Part shown: piece after piece, positions 15,140 through 26,844 of the stretch
Layout of the letters: each line of letters opens with the position of its first letter
How positions within the stretch are numbered: the stretch's first letter is position 1
NCBI RefSeq assembly: GCF_006345805.1
Contig: NC_043008.1
Location: forward strand, 54,250,001 to 54,314,000
Origin: Octopus sinensis
Lineage: Eukaryota
DNA: 64,000 nucleotides
Reading direction: 5' to 3'
The notes under the pieces: generated by a model
Database searches by the model: none
What the model was told of the DNA's origin: nothing
What the model saw: only the letters and a program-made list of their open reading frames with translations
Translations under genes and position numbers: made by a program

Positions 15140-15170
15140 CGCGAATGAAATATTTTTCAGTTTTTGGTTA

Positions 15171-15440
15171 TCACTGTTGAGGTGTAGACGATGATAATGC
15201 TGCTGCTGTTGATGATGGTGATGTTGTGGTATTCAGCTTTGAGTTGTAAAGATAACGAATCAATGTTTGCCTTCGATTGTTGCTAGGATCGATACAACGA
15301 CGGTTCTGTTGATCTGCCTGTGTACCGGAAGGACAGTGACGGACGCAGATGTTGTATAATTTGTAGTATTTACACTTGACGCAGTAAGATACTCCCGGCC
15401 CGAGGCACGAGGAGCAGAGTTCGTGACAGCGCAGGCACAC
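15171..15440 (-). CDS. Terminal coding exon 4 (270 nt): furin-like repeat and Ser/Thr tail
   Basis: Acceptor ttctgcctttgtatctcctaaatttgtag|GTG, phase 0. Translates VCLRCHELCSSCLGPGVSYCVKCKYYKLYNICVRHCPSGTQADQQNRRCIDP...SSSTPQQ, then TGA followed by TAA. AATAAA lies ~30 nt downstream. Confidence 0.94.
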   Translation of the reverse strand: MCLRCHELCSSCLGPGVSYCVKCKYYKLYNICVRHCPSGTQADQQNRRCIDPSNNRRQTLIRYLYNSKLNTTTSPSSTAAALSSSTPQQ

Positions 15441-15669
15441 CTACAAATTTAGGAGATACAAAGGCAGAATCAGCACTTAGTAATGTTATGCGTTATAAGC
15501 ACGATTTTCCTACATAAAAGAGTAAAATGGATTAAAGGACTAGAAATAGATGAGTGTCTTTGAACATAAGCCTACTCGATAAGAGCGGATTTAGGAACAA
15601 AAAAAAACAACATATATAAGGTACATAAAAATCGTATTGAATAGGGGCATTTAAGAACACTACAAAGCA

Positions 15670-16090
15670 ATATATCTGTTTCTTTACTACCCACAAGGGG
15701 CTAAACACAGAGAGGACAAACAAGGACAGACAAACGGATTAAGTCGATTATATCGACCCCAGTGCGTAACTGGTACTTAATTTATCGACCCCGAAAGGAT
15801 GAAAGGCAAAGTCGACCTCGGCGGAATTTGAACTCAGAACGTAACAGCAGACGAAATACCTATTTCTTTAGTACCCACAAGGGTCTACACACAGATAGGA
15901 CAAACAAGGACAGACAAACGGATCAAGTCGATTACATTGACCCCAGTGCGTAACTGGTACTTAATTTATAGACCCCGAAAGGATGAAAGGCAAAGTCAAC
16001 CTCGGCGGAATTTGAACCCAGAACGTAGAGGCAGACGAAGTACGGCAACGCATTTCACCCGGCGTTCTAACGTTTCTGCCAGCTCGACCC
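15670..16090 (-). mobile_element. SINE family B tandem dimer in intron 3
   Basis: Head-body-tail-body-tail with junction aagaaataggtatttcgtctg. Confidence 0.88.
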
Positions 16091-16114
16091 CTCCATTGTT
16101 TCGGCCCAGCATTC

Positions 16115-16570
16115 TCTAGAGATCGTGGGAGTGAGTCCTTAGATACTTCCTCCATGCGATCCTGTCAGAAGCTACCATCATTAGATTTTTTTAGCTGGAT
16201 TTCCAAGTGTGACCAACGGAGACAACGGATATTATTCCTCTATCTCATCCTCGGTCTGCTACGAGGTTGCTTACGGGTTGGCTCGACTTGAATAATTCCT
16301 CTGGCGATTCGTTCCTGCGATATTTCAATCGCATCTCTGTAGTACCAGGGCCGTAGCGTTTAAAGGGAAGACAGGAAGCTGATTTTGATACGAGGATTGC
16401 AGGTGCCGGTACAGTAATGCGCCAGTTCCAGAATTCGATTCTCATAATAAGAAAGGTCGATTAAAAAAAAACCAAACTCGATGTCTTCAATTCGGTTTTC
16501 GTGCCTTTATTCACCTATGGTCATGAATGTTGGGCAGTAACGGAAACAGTACGATCGCGAAAGCAAGAAA
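16115..16570. mobile_element. RTE LINE fragment with inverted 5' part
   Basis: 16115-16355 (-): ISQERIARGIIQVEPTRKQPRSRPRMR...VASDRIAWR, an RTE C-terminus. 16362-16570 (+): DTRIAGAGTVMR...KTKLDVFNSVFVPLFTYGHECWAVTETVRSR, an upstream RT region. Confidence 0.8.
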
Positions 16571-17014
16571 CCAGAGTAATATATTCTTCCAAATAATATT
16601 GCCTTCCAAATAATATATTACATGAGAAAATGCGAGCAAGAGAAATAATATTCTTAAGATTATAAACCTGGAAAATTACAGGACAAGTTATTACACTTGG
16701 AAAAGTTCAGGACAACTCATAAAAATCTAGTAAAGTACAGAACAAGAAAACTTTTACTTTATTTAGTAAAGCTATTTAAATCTAAACTTGACTGGTGGCG
16801 TTACTTACTCTTCTATAACGTTGCTACAAATGTTGATGTAAACATTTTTTCTACTGGATCAAATTTCAATTTTTTTCTATCAAAATGTAGCTAGAGTCCA
16901 GCCCTCTTCAAAAATGCTAACACTTTGTTTTCACTTTGGTTAAGAACTGAATTAACGACAAACTCTGAAAGATGCTGCGTGTGAGTAAATTGTACCCTTA
17001 AGAATATTTATTTC

Positions 17015-17245
17015 TTTATTGCCCACAAGGGGCTAAACATAGAGGGAACAAACAAAGACAGACAAACGGATGAAGTCGATTATATCGACTCCAGTGCGTA
17101 ACTGGTACTTAATTTATCGACCCCGAAAGGATGAAAGGCAAAGTCGACCTCAGCGGAATTTGAACTCAAAACTAGCGGCAGACGAAATACTGCTAAGCAT
17201 TTCGCCCGGCGTGTTAACGATTCTGCCAGCTCGCCGCCTAGCGGC
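17015..17245 (-). mobile_element. SINE family B
   Basis: Full-length match to family B; an inverted partial copy follows at 17510-17710. Confidence 0.88.
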
Positions 17246-17855
17246 CTTAAGAATATTATTCCACTACTACCATAGTTGAATGATTCAACCCAGTTTTATA
17301 TTCTACCAAATATATTCTAATTAATTTTAATGCCTATCAAATACAATATTCTATCAGATAATATTACCTACCAAATAATATCTTCTACCATATCTGCTGT
17401 CTTCCATATAATGTATTCTAGCAAATGGTAAATTTTCATAAAGAATATTTTCTAACAAATACTACGGTCTTCCAAATGTTGTATAGTACAAATTAACTTA
17501 TTCTACCAAACAAGGCAGCGAGCCAGTTGGATCGTTAAGACGCCGGGCAGAATGCTTCGCGATATTTCGTCCGTCTTTACATTTTGAGTTCAAACTCCGC
17601 CGATGTCGACTTTGCCTTTTATTCTTTCGGGGTCGATAAAGTACTAGGTTCAATATAATCGACTTACTCCATCCCCGAAATTGCTGGCCTTGTGACAAAA
17701 TTGGAAACCAGTATATTCCGCTAAATTTAATACTCTATTTCATTAAATGTTATAAAATACCGAAACCTACATTTTACCAAATTATGTATTCCAGTAAAGG
17801 TTGAATTCTACTAAATGCTACATTCTGAAAAACGTTATGCATCAAATGTTATTAA

Positions 17856-18072
17856 CTCATTAGTGCCCCAATAATTTGTATTTAATTTATTATCAAAAAT
17901 CTTTGTTTATACAACCTTACTTGATGTTAAATATATATAAAAAAAAACTTTTATTACAATATTTGAAAGACACTTGATGACTAACTAAAGATATCTCAGA
18001 AAAATACAGGTATTGCAGAAATATGATGGATTATTCTTCTGGTCCTAAAAAAGGACCATGGGCGCTAATGGG
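17856..18072. mobile_element. TTAA-flanked MITE in intron 3
   Basis: ttaa|ctcattagtgccc...gggcgctaatggg|ttaa; 13-bp TIR with 2 mismatches. Confidence 0.7.
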
Positions 18073-18442
18073 TTAATAATAGTCTCTCGAATCTAAGAAA
18101 AAATGGTTCTGCAATTTCCTGCTGGAAAGCCTGCACAGATGATTTGTTTATGGGGATCAAACGCTTGTGCGGCACATTAGGTCATTCCCTCCATCAAATC
18201 GACATTACCTGTACAGGTGCACGGTGTGCCACACGTAAGATGTAGAAGTGATTGCAGAGAAACACAAGATGAATTGTTTTGCTCAGGAACGCAGTGCATC
18301 GCACGGTCCGGGATTCGAACCTACGATATCGCGATCGTGAGCGCAACACCCTAACCAAATACTCTATTCAACTAAGCACACACGCCGTTATTCCGGAATT
18401 GACTGGATAAAACATATTTCGTTATATAATATTTAGACTTAC

Positions 18443-18617
18443 CTCAGAACCAGATAAGGGAAGGCTTTGGTGCGTAGGTATTTGCTTCAGATAATATCCT
18501 TCAGCACATCCTTCCAAATATGGAATAATGCATTTTATATGGGTTGAATTTATTTCCAAACCTTTCCAGCAGTTTCGACAACCACCTGGTCCAACAAAAG
18601 GTGACGCTCCTGTGCAG
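18443..18617 (-). CDS. Coding exon 3 (175 nt): EGFR domain IV/V-like Cys-rich segment
   Basis: Acceptor (t)n-atataatttag|C and donor GAG|gtaagt. Translates (G)CTGASPFVGPGGCRNCWKGLEINSTHIKCIIPYLEGCAEGYYLKQIPTHQSLPLSGSE; phase 2 to 0. Confidence 0.94.
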
Positions 18618-18869
18618 CTAAATTATATAAAAAAAAAAAAACATATTCAATATGATAACACATGCCGATTAGAAAGAAACAGTCAAGATTCTATTTAAAA
18701 AATAATAAAGGTAATAAATAACGTAATTCAGGTCTAAATAAACCAGAAACATATTTCATGGTAAAATTTGAGGATATCGCAACAAGCCGTCGATAAATTT
18801 CTGGTTCTTCGCAACATCTACTACAATATCGTTGCTATTTTTATTGGAATGTCTCGAATGAAAACTTAC

Positions 18870-18986
18870 CCGGATCTATGACAATAGTCATAGCACAGTA
18901 GACAATCTCCGTTCTGGCTTGGATATCTTCCATCTGGGCACCACGTAGACGTGGTAGTACTCGTGGAGACAGAATTAGCCACAACT
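18870..18986 (-). CDS. Coding exon 2 (117 nt): Ser/Thr linker and start of furin-like Cys repeat
   Basis: Acceptor ttttttgtctttgcag|A and donor TCCGG|gtaagt. Translates (R)VVANSVSTSTTTSTWCPDGRYPSQNGDCLLCYDYCHRS(G); phase 2 to 2. Confidence 0.92.
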
Positions 18987-19554
18987 CTGCAAAGACAAAA
19001 AACAATATTAATCTGGAGTTCGTTGACAAAACATCATGACAATTGCGTCATTAAGATTTTAAAATGGCGTTTATAGTAAAGTTGAGATGGAGGCCATAGA
19101 TGGCATGCGGCAGGTAAAGTTCTGATTAGATTCTTCAAAATGTACGATTCTGTAGCCTTTTATCTTTTATCTTTAACTTGTTATAGTCATTGGATCGTGG
19201 CCATGCTTGAGCACTGCCTTGAAGGGCTTTAGTTGAATAAATCGATCCCGATACATTTTTTTGTTTTTTTGAAGTATGGTACTTAGTCTATTAGTCTCTT
19301 TTGCCGAACTGCCAGGTTACAGGAACATAACAAACCAATGGAGGGAGCAAACAAACAAACACATGCACACACACACACACATATATATATATATTATATA
19401 TATATATATATATATGAAGCCCGGGGATAGAATAGAAGACACTTGTCCAAGGAACCGCACGTTAGGATTGAACCTACATGGATGGGAAGCAAACTTCTTC
19501 CCCACATAACCACACCAGTGCCTATAGATATCGATCAAGTATGGGTGCCTCCTT

Positions 19555-19745
19555 ACACTGGAATTCTTAATGTCCCTAATACTGGGGTTTCGAGTGTTTG
19601 TGATCTACCTACGGGTCTCCTGAGCGCTGGGTTGACCCATGAAACCCGTGCAGCGATTCTTTCCTGAGAAATTTTAACCAGATATCCATAATATTGTATC
19701 GTTGATCTCTCAATTCAGAGAATTCCAATTGTAAAAATTGCTGCC
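19555..19745 (-). mobile_element. RTE LINE 3' remnant
   Basis: IERSTIQYYGYLVKISQERIAARV...RRPVGRSQT; same family as the 16.1-kb fragment. Confidence 0.65.
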
Positions 19746-19881
19746 AATCAACCAGGTTTTACTCGTTCGACTCTTATAGTCATTGGAGTGCGCCCATACT
19801 GGAGCACTGCAAATAATGTAAATTTAACCAATGGGTTGGTTTTGCAGAGGAACAGATATCAAAAAGTTGACAGAAAACAGA

Positions 19882-19954
19882 AGCCCCCAGTGAGGATCGA
19901 ACTCACGACCACTGGTTTACAAGACCAGTACTCTAACCACTGAGCTATGGAGGC
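19882..19954 (-). tRNA. tRNA-Thr(TGT), 73 nt, inside intron 1
   Basis: GCCTCCA TA GCTC AGTGGTTA GAGT A CTGGT CTTGTAA ACCAG TGGTC GTGAG TTCGATC CTCAC TGGGGGC T. All four stems pair (two G-U), A and B boxes present, TTTT and TTTTT Pol III terminator-like runs just downstream. Confidence 0.93.
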
Positions 19955-21060
19955 AACTACGAACGAGAACTTAAATTCTGTTACTATAACTTACTAAAAC
20001 GCTTGAACTTAGCTCTACAATTATTCGACATTGTATCAATAGAAAAATTGTGGTTAACTCAGTTAATGTAGAAAACCAAACGGAAAATAAAAATCAATTA
20101 AACATACACCTGTAACGATGGGAACAATTATTTGTTAATTAGTAATTCTTGTCGATAAAAAAAAGATTATAAAACGATGAACGACAACTGTGGAGCCATG
20201 AGTGAGTTAAGTCGAATGCAAATGTGTTGACAATTCTCGACGTCTTATTGGACGCCATCAACAAGACGGAGTTCCTGTTTGTATTAATTTGTCAGACTCA
20301 AACTTTACGTTCACAACGTATTGTTGTGACATTGATTTTCTTGTGTAATTTCGATGTAACCTTAGCATGACTAAAACAGGCCCAGTTGGTTTAGCAAACA
20401 GTATTTCAATGAAGACATGGCCTCAAAACATTGATTTCTAACATTGGCACAAGACCAGAAATTTCCGATGTGGGCATCGACAATTATATCGATTGTTATA
20501 GGATATTACAACAAATGATAAAACGCTTCTATTCAATTGCACAGTTCTGGGGTATACGAATTAGGAGGTGAACTGGTAGAGTTTGTAGGACCGTTGGCTA
20601 GTATACCTGGCAGTACTTGTGATACAGATCCAGTCAAAGTCATCATTGGTTCCTCATTCTTTGGAGATCGATAAATAAAGTACCAGTCCACTACTTCTCT
20701 CAATTCTATTTCTTCGGCGCTCTCTCTCCCTCTGTCTGTCTCATTCCTTCATTCTGAACAGAGAGACAGAGAGAAAGTTACGTCAAAATCTGGACAGGAA
20801 TGGGCTCCGTCAGGTTCAAAGTATCCAAGATATGCCTTATGCCACGATTGTGCGCTTACGTCTCTGTCAAGAGCTGAGGAGCCCAGGAGAATGCCTTTGA
20901 GTTATGCAGCTTTTTCGATATCTCTAACTCAATCGCTTGGCACGGCTGGCACACGGCTCACAACGGAACAAACATTGATATAACAGAAGAAACAAAGGTA
21001 GCGAGTCGGTAGAACCGTTAGCATGCCGGGGAAAATGCTTAGCGACATTTTGTCCGTCTT

Positions 21061-21215
21061 TTATAGCACCGCCTGGTAACCCCCGTGTTCCTGAAGTGGG
21101 TACGTCATTGTGTATTCTTATTAATGAGGTGATTGAAGAAGTATAGATTCCTTCAGTTAGTGTTCTGTCTCGGTTTGTTTTGCTGTCGGGTTAAGCTTGT
21201 TTCATCTGTCATATT
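21061..21215 (-). mobile_element. CR1 LINE 3'-end remnant
   Basis: ccaggcggtgctataa tail resembles the ccaggtggtgctattaa tail of the 50.9-kb element; PDEP-like degenerate coding upstream. Confidence 0.45.
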
Positions 21216-22846
21216 GGTTTCAATTTCTTTTTTACACAAGGCCAGCAATGGAGGGAGGGGTGAGGTTAGTCGATTGCATTGACCCCAGTGTTCAGCTGGT
21301 ATTTATTTTATCGACTCCGAAAGGATAAAAACCAAAATCGACTACGGCGGAATTTGAGTTTAGAACGTAATGACAGACGAAATATCAACAACGACGACTA
21401 TGATGATGATGAGGAGGAGGAGGAGGAAGAGAAGGAGGAGGAGGATTTCAAGGGCGAAGGATGAGGGACACAATACAAAGATAGACATAAAGTGTGGGGG
21501 GGGTTACATATAATGAAATGATTAAAAAAAGGTAAGTATACGCGGTATACACTGAAAAAGAAGGGACATTTCCATAGCATACAAAGGGTCATGGAAAAAA
21601 GGTTGGGGTGGATGATAGAGACGTAGCCCTCCTGATACAGTAGGACCTCTAGGGATAATCGAGGAACCCCACTGTCCGAGATTTCCCTGGGCACCAAGAG
21701 CAAGTGCCCTTTCCAATTCCTTCTCTCCGACTTCCAGGTCTACACTGAGAGGAAACTTTCACCCACAATAATAGTCACAAATTTTGAAAGAGGGTCAGCA
21801 ATTTTTAGTGGGTAGAGTTTAATCGATTATATCGATCCCAGCACTTAATTGGTACTTGATTTGATAGACCCCGAAAGGATGAAGGCCAAAGTCGACCTCG
21901 ATGTGATTTCAACTCAAAACGTAAAGATCCGGGATGAATTCTGTTAACCATTTTGTCTGACGTGCTCACGATTCTTTCAGCTTGCCACCTTAAATAATTG
22001 TTTCAAATGGTGGCACTAGGCCAGCAGTTTTAAGAGGAAGGGGTTAATCGTTTGCATCAAACCCTATTTTCTTGAATAAAAATGCATTTTATAGACCCCG
22101 AAATGGTGAAGAGAAAAGATGCTCTTCGCGGAAGTTGAACTCAGAACGTAAGGAACTGCAACTAAACTCTACAAAGTGTTTTGTTTGAAATTCAAATAAC
22201 TTCGTCAATCGTCCGCTCTCGTTTTTAATAACTGCGTCAGTGATAGGCACGAGATCGGCGATTTGGAGGGATCGAATTAATCGATGGCATCGGATTATAT
22301 GCTTTACTGTCATCGAAGTCAAGACTGAATTCAGTGGGGTTCGAGCTCAGAACGTATACTGCAAGGCATTAGTCCGATGATCTAGCGATTCTGCCAATCG
22401 CTCAACAAGATCATTCTTTGACTGATCATTGCTCATGTCGCTCTTCAATTCTTATCGATCTTCAGACCAGTAATTTTTCCTAGTATTTACCCGAAAATCG
22501 TACTTGGTATACAGCTTTAGAACCAAGCTTATTTAATAACATATAGAACAAGAAGTTTCATTGTGCGACTCTTATAGCATTGTTATATATGAATATACGA
22601 TGGATGGATGGATGGATGGATGGATGGATGGATGGATGGATGGATGGATGGATATACGGGCAACCTTCAGCTTTTTCTAGCCAAATTAATTTTAACTCAA
22701 TATTTATACGCTATCATTTGTAGCTTTATCTGCTTTGAGTCAAACCGTTAGAAGAAAAAGAATTATTTCATTTTCTCTCGAAGTCTCAATATTCTTATGA
22801 TATTACCAATATACATACATGTATATATATGTATGTATATATATGA

Positions 22847-22924
<78 letters not shown>

Positions 22925-23051
22925 TATACATGTGTGTGTGTATGTAAACATACATACATATATAAATAAACATAAATATATATATATAATATATAGAGCT
23001 CTATATCCATCAAACTATTATATATATATATATACACATATATATAGATAA

Positions 23052-23123
<72 letters not shown>

Positions 23124-23215
23124 CGTATGTATGTATATGTATGTACATATATATTGATAAAATAGGTGTATGTAGATTGATAGTTATGTTGATATATAGA
23201 TAAGTAGATATGCAT

Positions 23216-23281
<66 letters not shown>

Positions 23282-24776
23282 TATATATATATAACTCTAG
23301 TATACACTTACACACAAACACACTCAAAGCGCGCGCGCGAACATATATATACAAGACTGTTATGGTAATGCTGCAACGAAGAATACACACACTGCAATTA
23401 TATTTCCAGAATCACTTTGCTACTTCGTCGACAGGATGGTCTTCACGAAATATATTTTATGACTTTTCATGCAGCAACACACTTTGAATACTTACACCAT
23501 TTATTTTAGATTAATAGCATTTTCTAGTAGTTACTCATAATTTTTGTGGAAATAAATATCAATTTTCTTTCTCGAGGGTCACGTTAACTATCATTCTCAG
23601 TATATCTTTTGAATAATTTATCACTGTTACATAAAATAGCTTGTGTACTGGTCGTTAAATTTAAACCAAACGACAGAATTCAAGAGATGTATTGTATCCT
23701 CATTTTTCTCTTCCGTTGTTGCTTACATTTTCGGACATATTTTGTAGACTCTCTTATGTCATCGAAGCCTCTGGTAAGATCATCGATTTGTTTTGTTATC
23801 GAATTCATAGTTGGTCCTAAAAATCTTTTGTTAATAATTCATATGTCTTCCAGTGTCAGGTTTATGAAATACAGTTTTTCTTTTATGTTCGTTTTTCTTC
23901 TTTTCAGGTCTCTGTTGTGTCTATGATCGGCTGCATGTATTAACAGCTGTCGTCTGCTTCTCATTGCAGTTACCGTCTCACAATATTATGTATATGTCGT
24001 TAATATTGTTCCTCTCTTCTATTAAGCTTCGTCTTCCGTTTTCCGAACACATCTATCTCGTTCAACAAAAATTGCTCTCAGTCTCAGAGAAATGTCAACT
24101 TCTTAAAAGAATGTCAATATCTAACAACAAAGAATTCAATTGTATTTCTTCCTTTTCTTCCTGTAACTGACCGAACGAAAGATCTTTCGTAGTCATTCGT
24201 ACAAATGCTTTAAGGAACTCTAATGCTTACATAACTAGTTATAAAAAGTTTGTAACATGTGAATTCTTCGTCTCATTGATTGTGTCTATAGTGATATTCC
24301 AGTGTAAAAGTAACATTTAGCGCAGTACACTCAGCTGTCACTCGCGAACGAGTGGGGCCTGGTAACGTTTACCGTGCTTTTGTTAATTGTTTTAGGTGCC
24401 ATTGAAGTCACACGAATATAGATACGCTCTGGAGAAAACATCGTTATGATGTTCAGTGGAACACAGCTTGAACAATCCGTCAAAACGAAGTTTATTACAC
24501 ACACACACACGCACACACACACACGCACACATACACACACATATGCTATATAGTTTATATAAGTGCATGTATATGAATATAAATATTTCCGGCATGTTCC
24601 CTATCTTTCTTCTCAGTATTGTTATCACAGCTATACCACCATATAATCATTAAGGGTGGAACTGAAGATAACAAAGGGTGCCTTCATTGCGGAATAAACG
24701 GAGATCCATAACATAAGCGTGTGTGTGTATTTCTCTCTCTACCCCTCTCTCTCTCTCTCTTTCTCTCTCTCTCCCC

Positions 24777-24836
<60 letters not shown>

Positions 24837-25790
24837 TATATGATACAAAAATTATAAATAAACATGAAGGCGAGGTATAAATAATTAAAAAATCAGAGCC
24901 TGTTAGGATTACGCTCAAGAAAAGAAGGAAATGTCTTTTACATTTCAAGCACACGCTCTTTTACAGAAAGAATAGGCGAGGGAGTAGAGAGAGAAAGAAC
25001 ACAGGTATCTCTATTAGATGGTCACCACATGCTGAAATGACCGGAGTTAGGATGAGGAAGCTAGATGCGTGAGTGGCGAGGAATAGAACTGTGACCCACT
25101 GGGTGTGAGCACGAAAGTGTGTGCTTGAAGTTAGTGTGTGCAAGTATATTCTGTGTGTTTGTTTGTGTGTGTGTGTGTGTATTTGTGTGAGGGGGCTCAT
25201 CTGTATGAGGATATTATGCGTGTCATACTGTATAGAGGTGTTAGGTGGAACAAAGGTGACGAAAGTAGTAGGTGTTTCGAGTTGTGTGTATAGATAAGTA
25301 GGTATATATGTACGTATGCATATATGCATATATATGTATGTGTTATATATATATAGAATATATATATATATATATAATATATATATATATATTATTATAT
25401 GAGTGCGTATACGCACATATATATGTACATGTATGTATGTATATATATTAATACATATATATACACACACCAGTAAGCAATTATCTCTCTCTCTCTCTCT
25501 CCTACGCACACACACACATCAAATAATGATCAAAGTTGGTTCTTCCCGGCCATAGGGACATAGTGCTAGTTTCCCGGATTCTATAGCCCTTTGAAATACA
25601 GGTACAATAGAAACAGGAAGAAAGAGTGAAAGTTGTGGTGAAAGAGTACAGATGGGTACCAACCCCTGCCGAAGCCTCGTGGAGCCTTAGGTGTTCTCGC
25701 TCAATAAGCACTCACAACGCTCGGTCTGGGAATCGAAACCGCGAGTCCTCTGCCCTGACCACTGGGCCATTGCGCCTCCACAGTCATTTG

Positions 25791-26006
25791 ACTGCTGCCA
25801 TGCTGGAGCACCATCTTAAGAGGTTTTATTCGAAGAAATCGACACCAGGACGTATTTTTGGAAAGCCTAGTACTTATTCTATCAGTCTCTTATGCCGAAC
25901 CGCTAGCCTACGCGGACATAACAGACAAACATCGGTTGTCAAGCGATGGTGGGGGGACAAACACAGACACAAACACAGAAATGTATACACGCACACACAC
26001 ACGCAC

Positions 26007-26049
<43 letters not shown>

Positions 26050-26340
26050 CACGTGATCACATGACCAACCAGTCCATCAGATGTCGTTACACATCGCTGG
26101 TCACAATGCGTTCGCATTGTTTTAGCCTTCGAATGACGCCACCCCGCTGGCTAAGTGAGCAGGCCATATATATATATATTTATAAGACGTACTTCTTTCA
26201 GTTTCCGTTTACCAAATTCATTCACAAGGCTTTGGGCGGCGTGAGGCTATAGTAGAAGACACCTGCCCAAGGTGCCATGCAGTGGGACTGAACCCGGAAC
26301 CGTGTAGTTGGGAAGCAAGCTTCTTACCACACAGCCAAGC
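25791..26340 (-). mobile_element. SINE family A with ~120-bp extra insert in its central microsatellite
   Basis: Both SINE halves present, with an unrelated segment at 26048-26165 between (TA)n runs. Confidence 0.8.
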
Positions 26341-26418
26341 CTGGAATGTTTTTTTTTCTTTCTCACGGAACCGATAACCAGCTGACAACATAAAGTATAG
26401 GATATAACAATATTCAGA

Positions 26419-26612
26419 GATCTTCGCTACACTTTTTAATAAAACTAATCGTTTGATAACATCATTTGCGATCTTCAAGATATATATATGTATATATTAT
26501 ATACATATATGTATATATGTATATATGTATATATTATATACATATATATATCTTGAAGATCGCAAATGATGTTATCAAACGATAGTTTTATTAAAAAGTG
26601 TAGCGAAAAATC
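26419..26612. repeat. Near-perfect palindrome (~70-bp arms, TA-rich loop) in intron 1
   Basis: ttcgctacactttttaataaaacta(a)tcgtttgataacatcatttgcgatcttcaagatatatat followed by its reverse complement. Confidence 0.92.
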
Positions 26613-26809
26613 TATATATATATGTATACTTTATTGAAAAGTATATTGCTCTACCTCTGGTATTCGAGTACTATTTTTTCCACCTTGTTTCGCATTTATA
26701 TGCTTACTCTGATATATATATTATATATATATATATATATTATATATATATATATTATTATATATTACATATATCTATATATATCATATATATATATATA
26801 TATATCTAT

Positions 26810-26844
<35 letters not shown>

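Noticed and set aside
15171-15440. Calling the gene furin/PCSK5 or full-length EGFR
   Set aside because: No subtilisin, P, L, TM or kinase exons found, and a signal-peptide exon splices directly in phase to the Cys module; no gene symbol assigned.
18841-19029. ORF-track protein MSTNSRLILFF... over exon 2
   Set aside because: Wrong frame. The splice-phase-consistent frame gives the Cys-rich sequence.
20844-20950. Possible extra phase-2 exon (...WAPQLLTET|gtaagc)
   Set aside because: No credible acceptor, a stop just upstream, and the plus strand resembles a decayed RT motif region.
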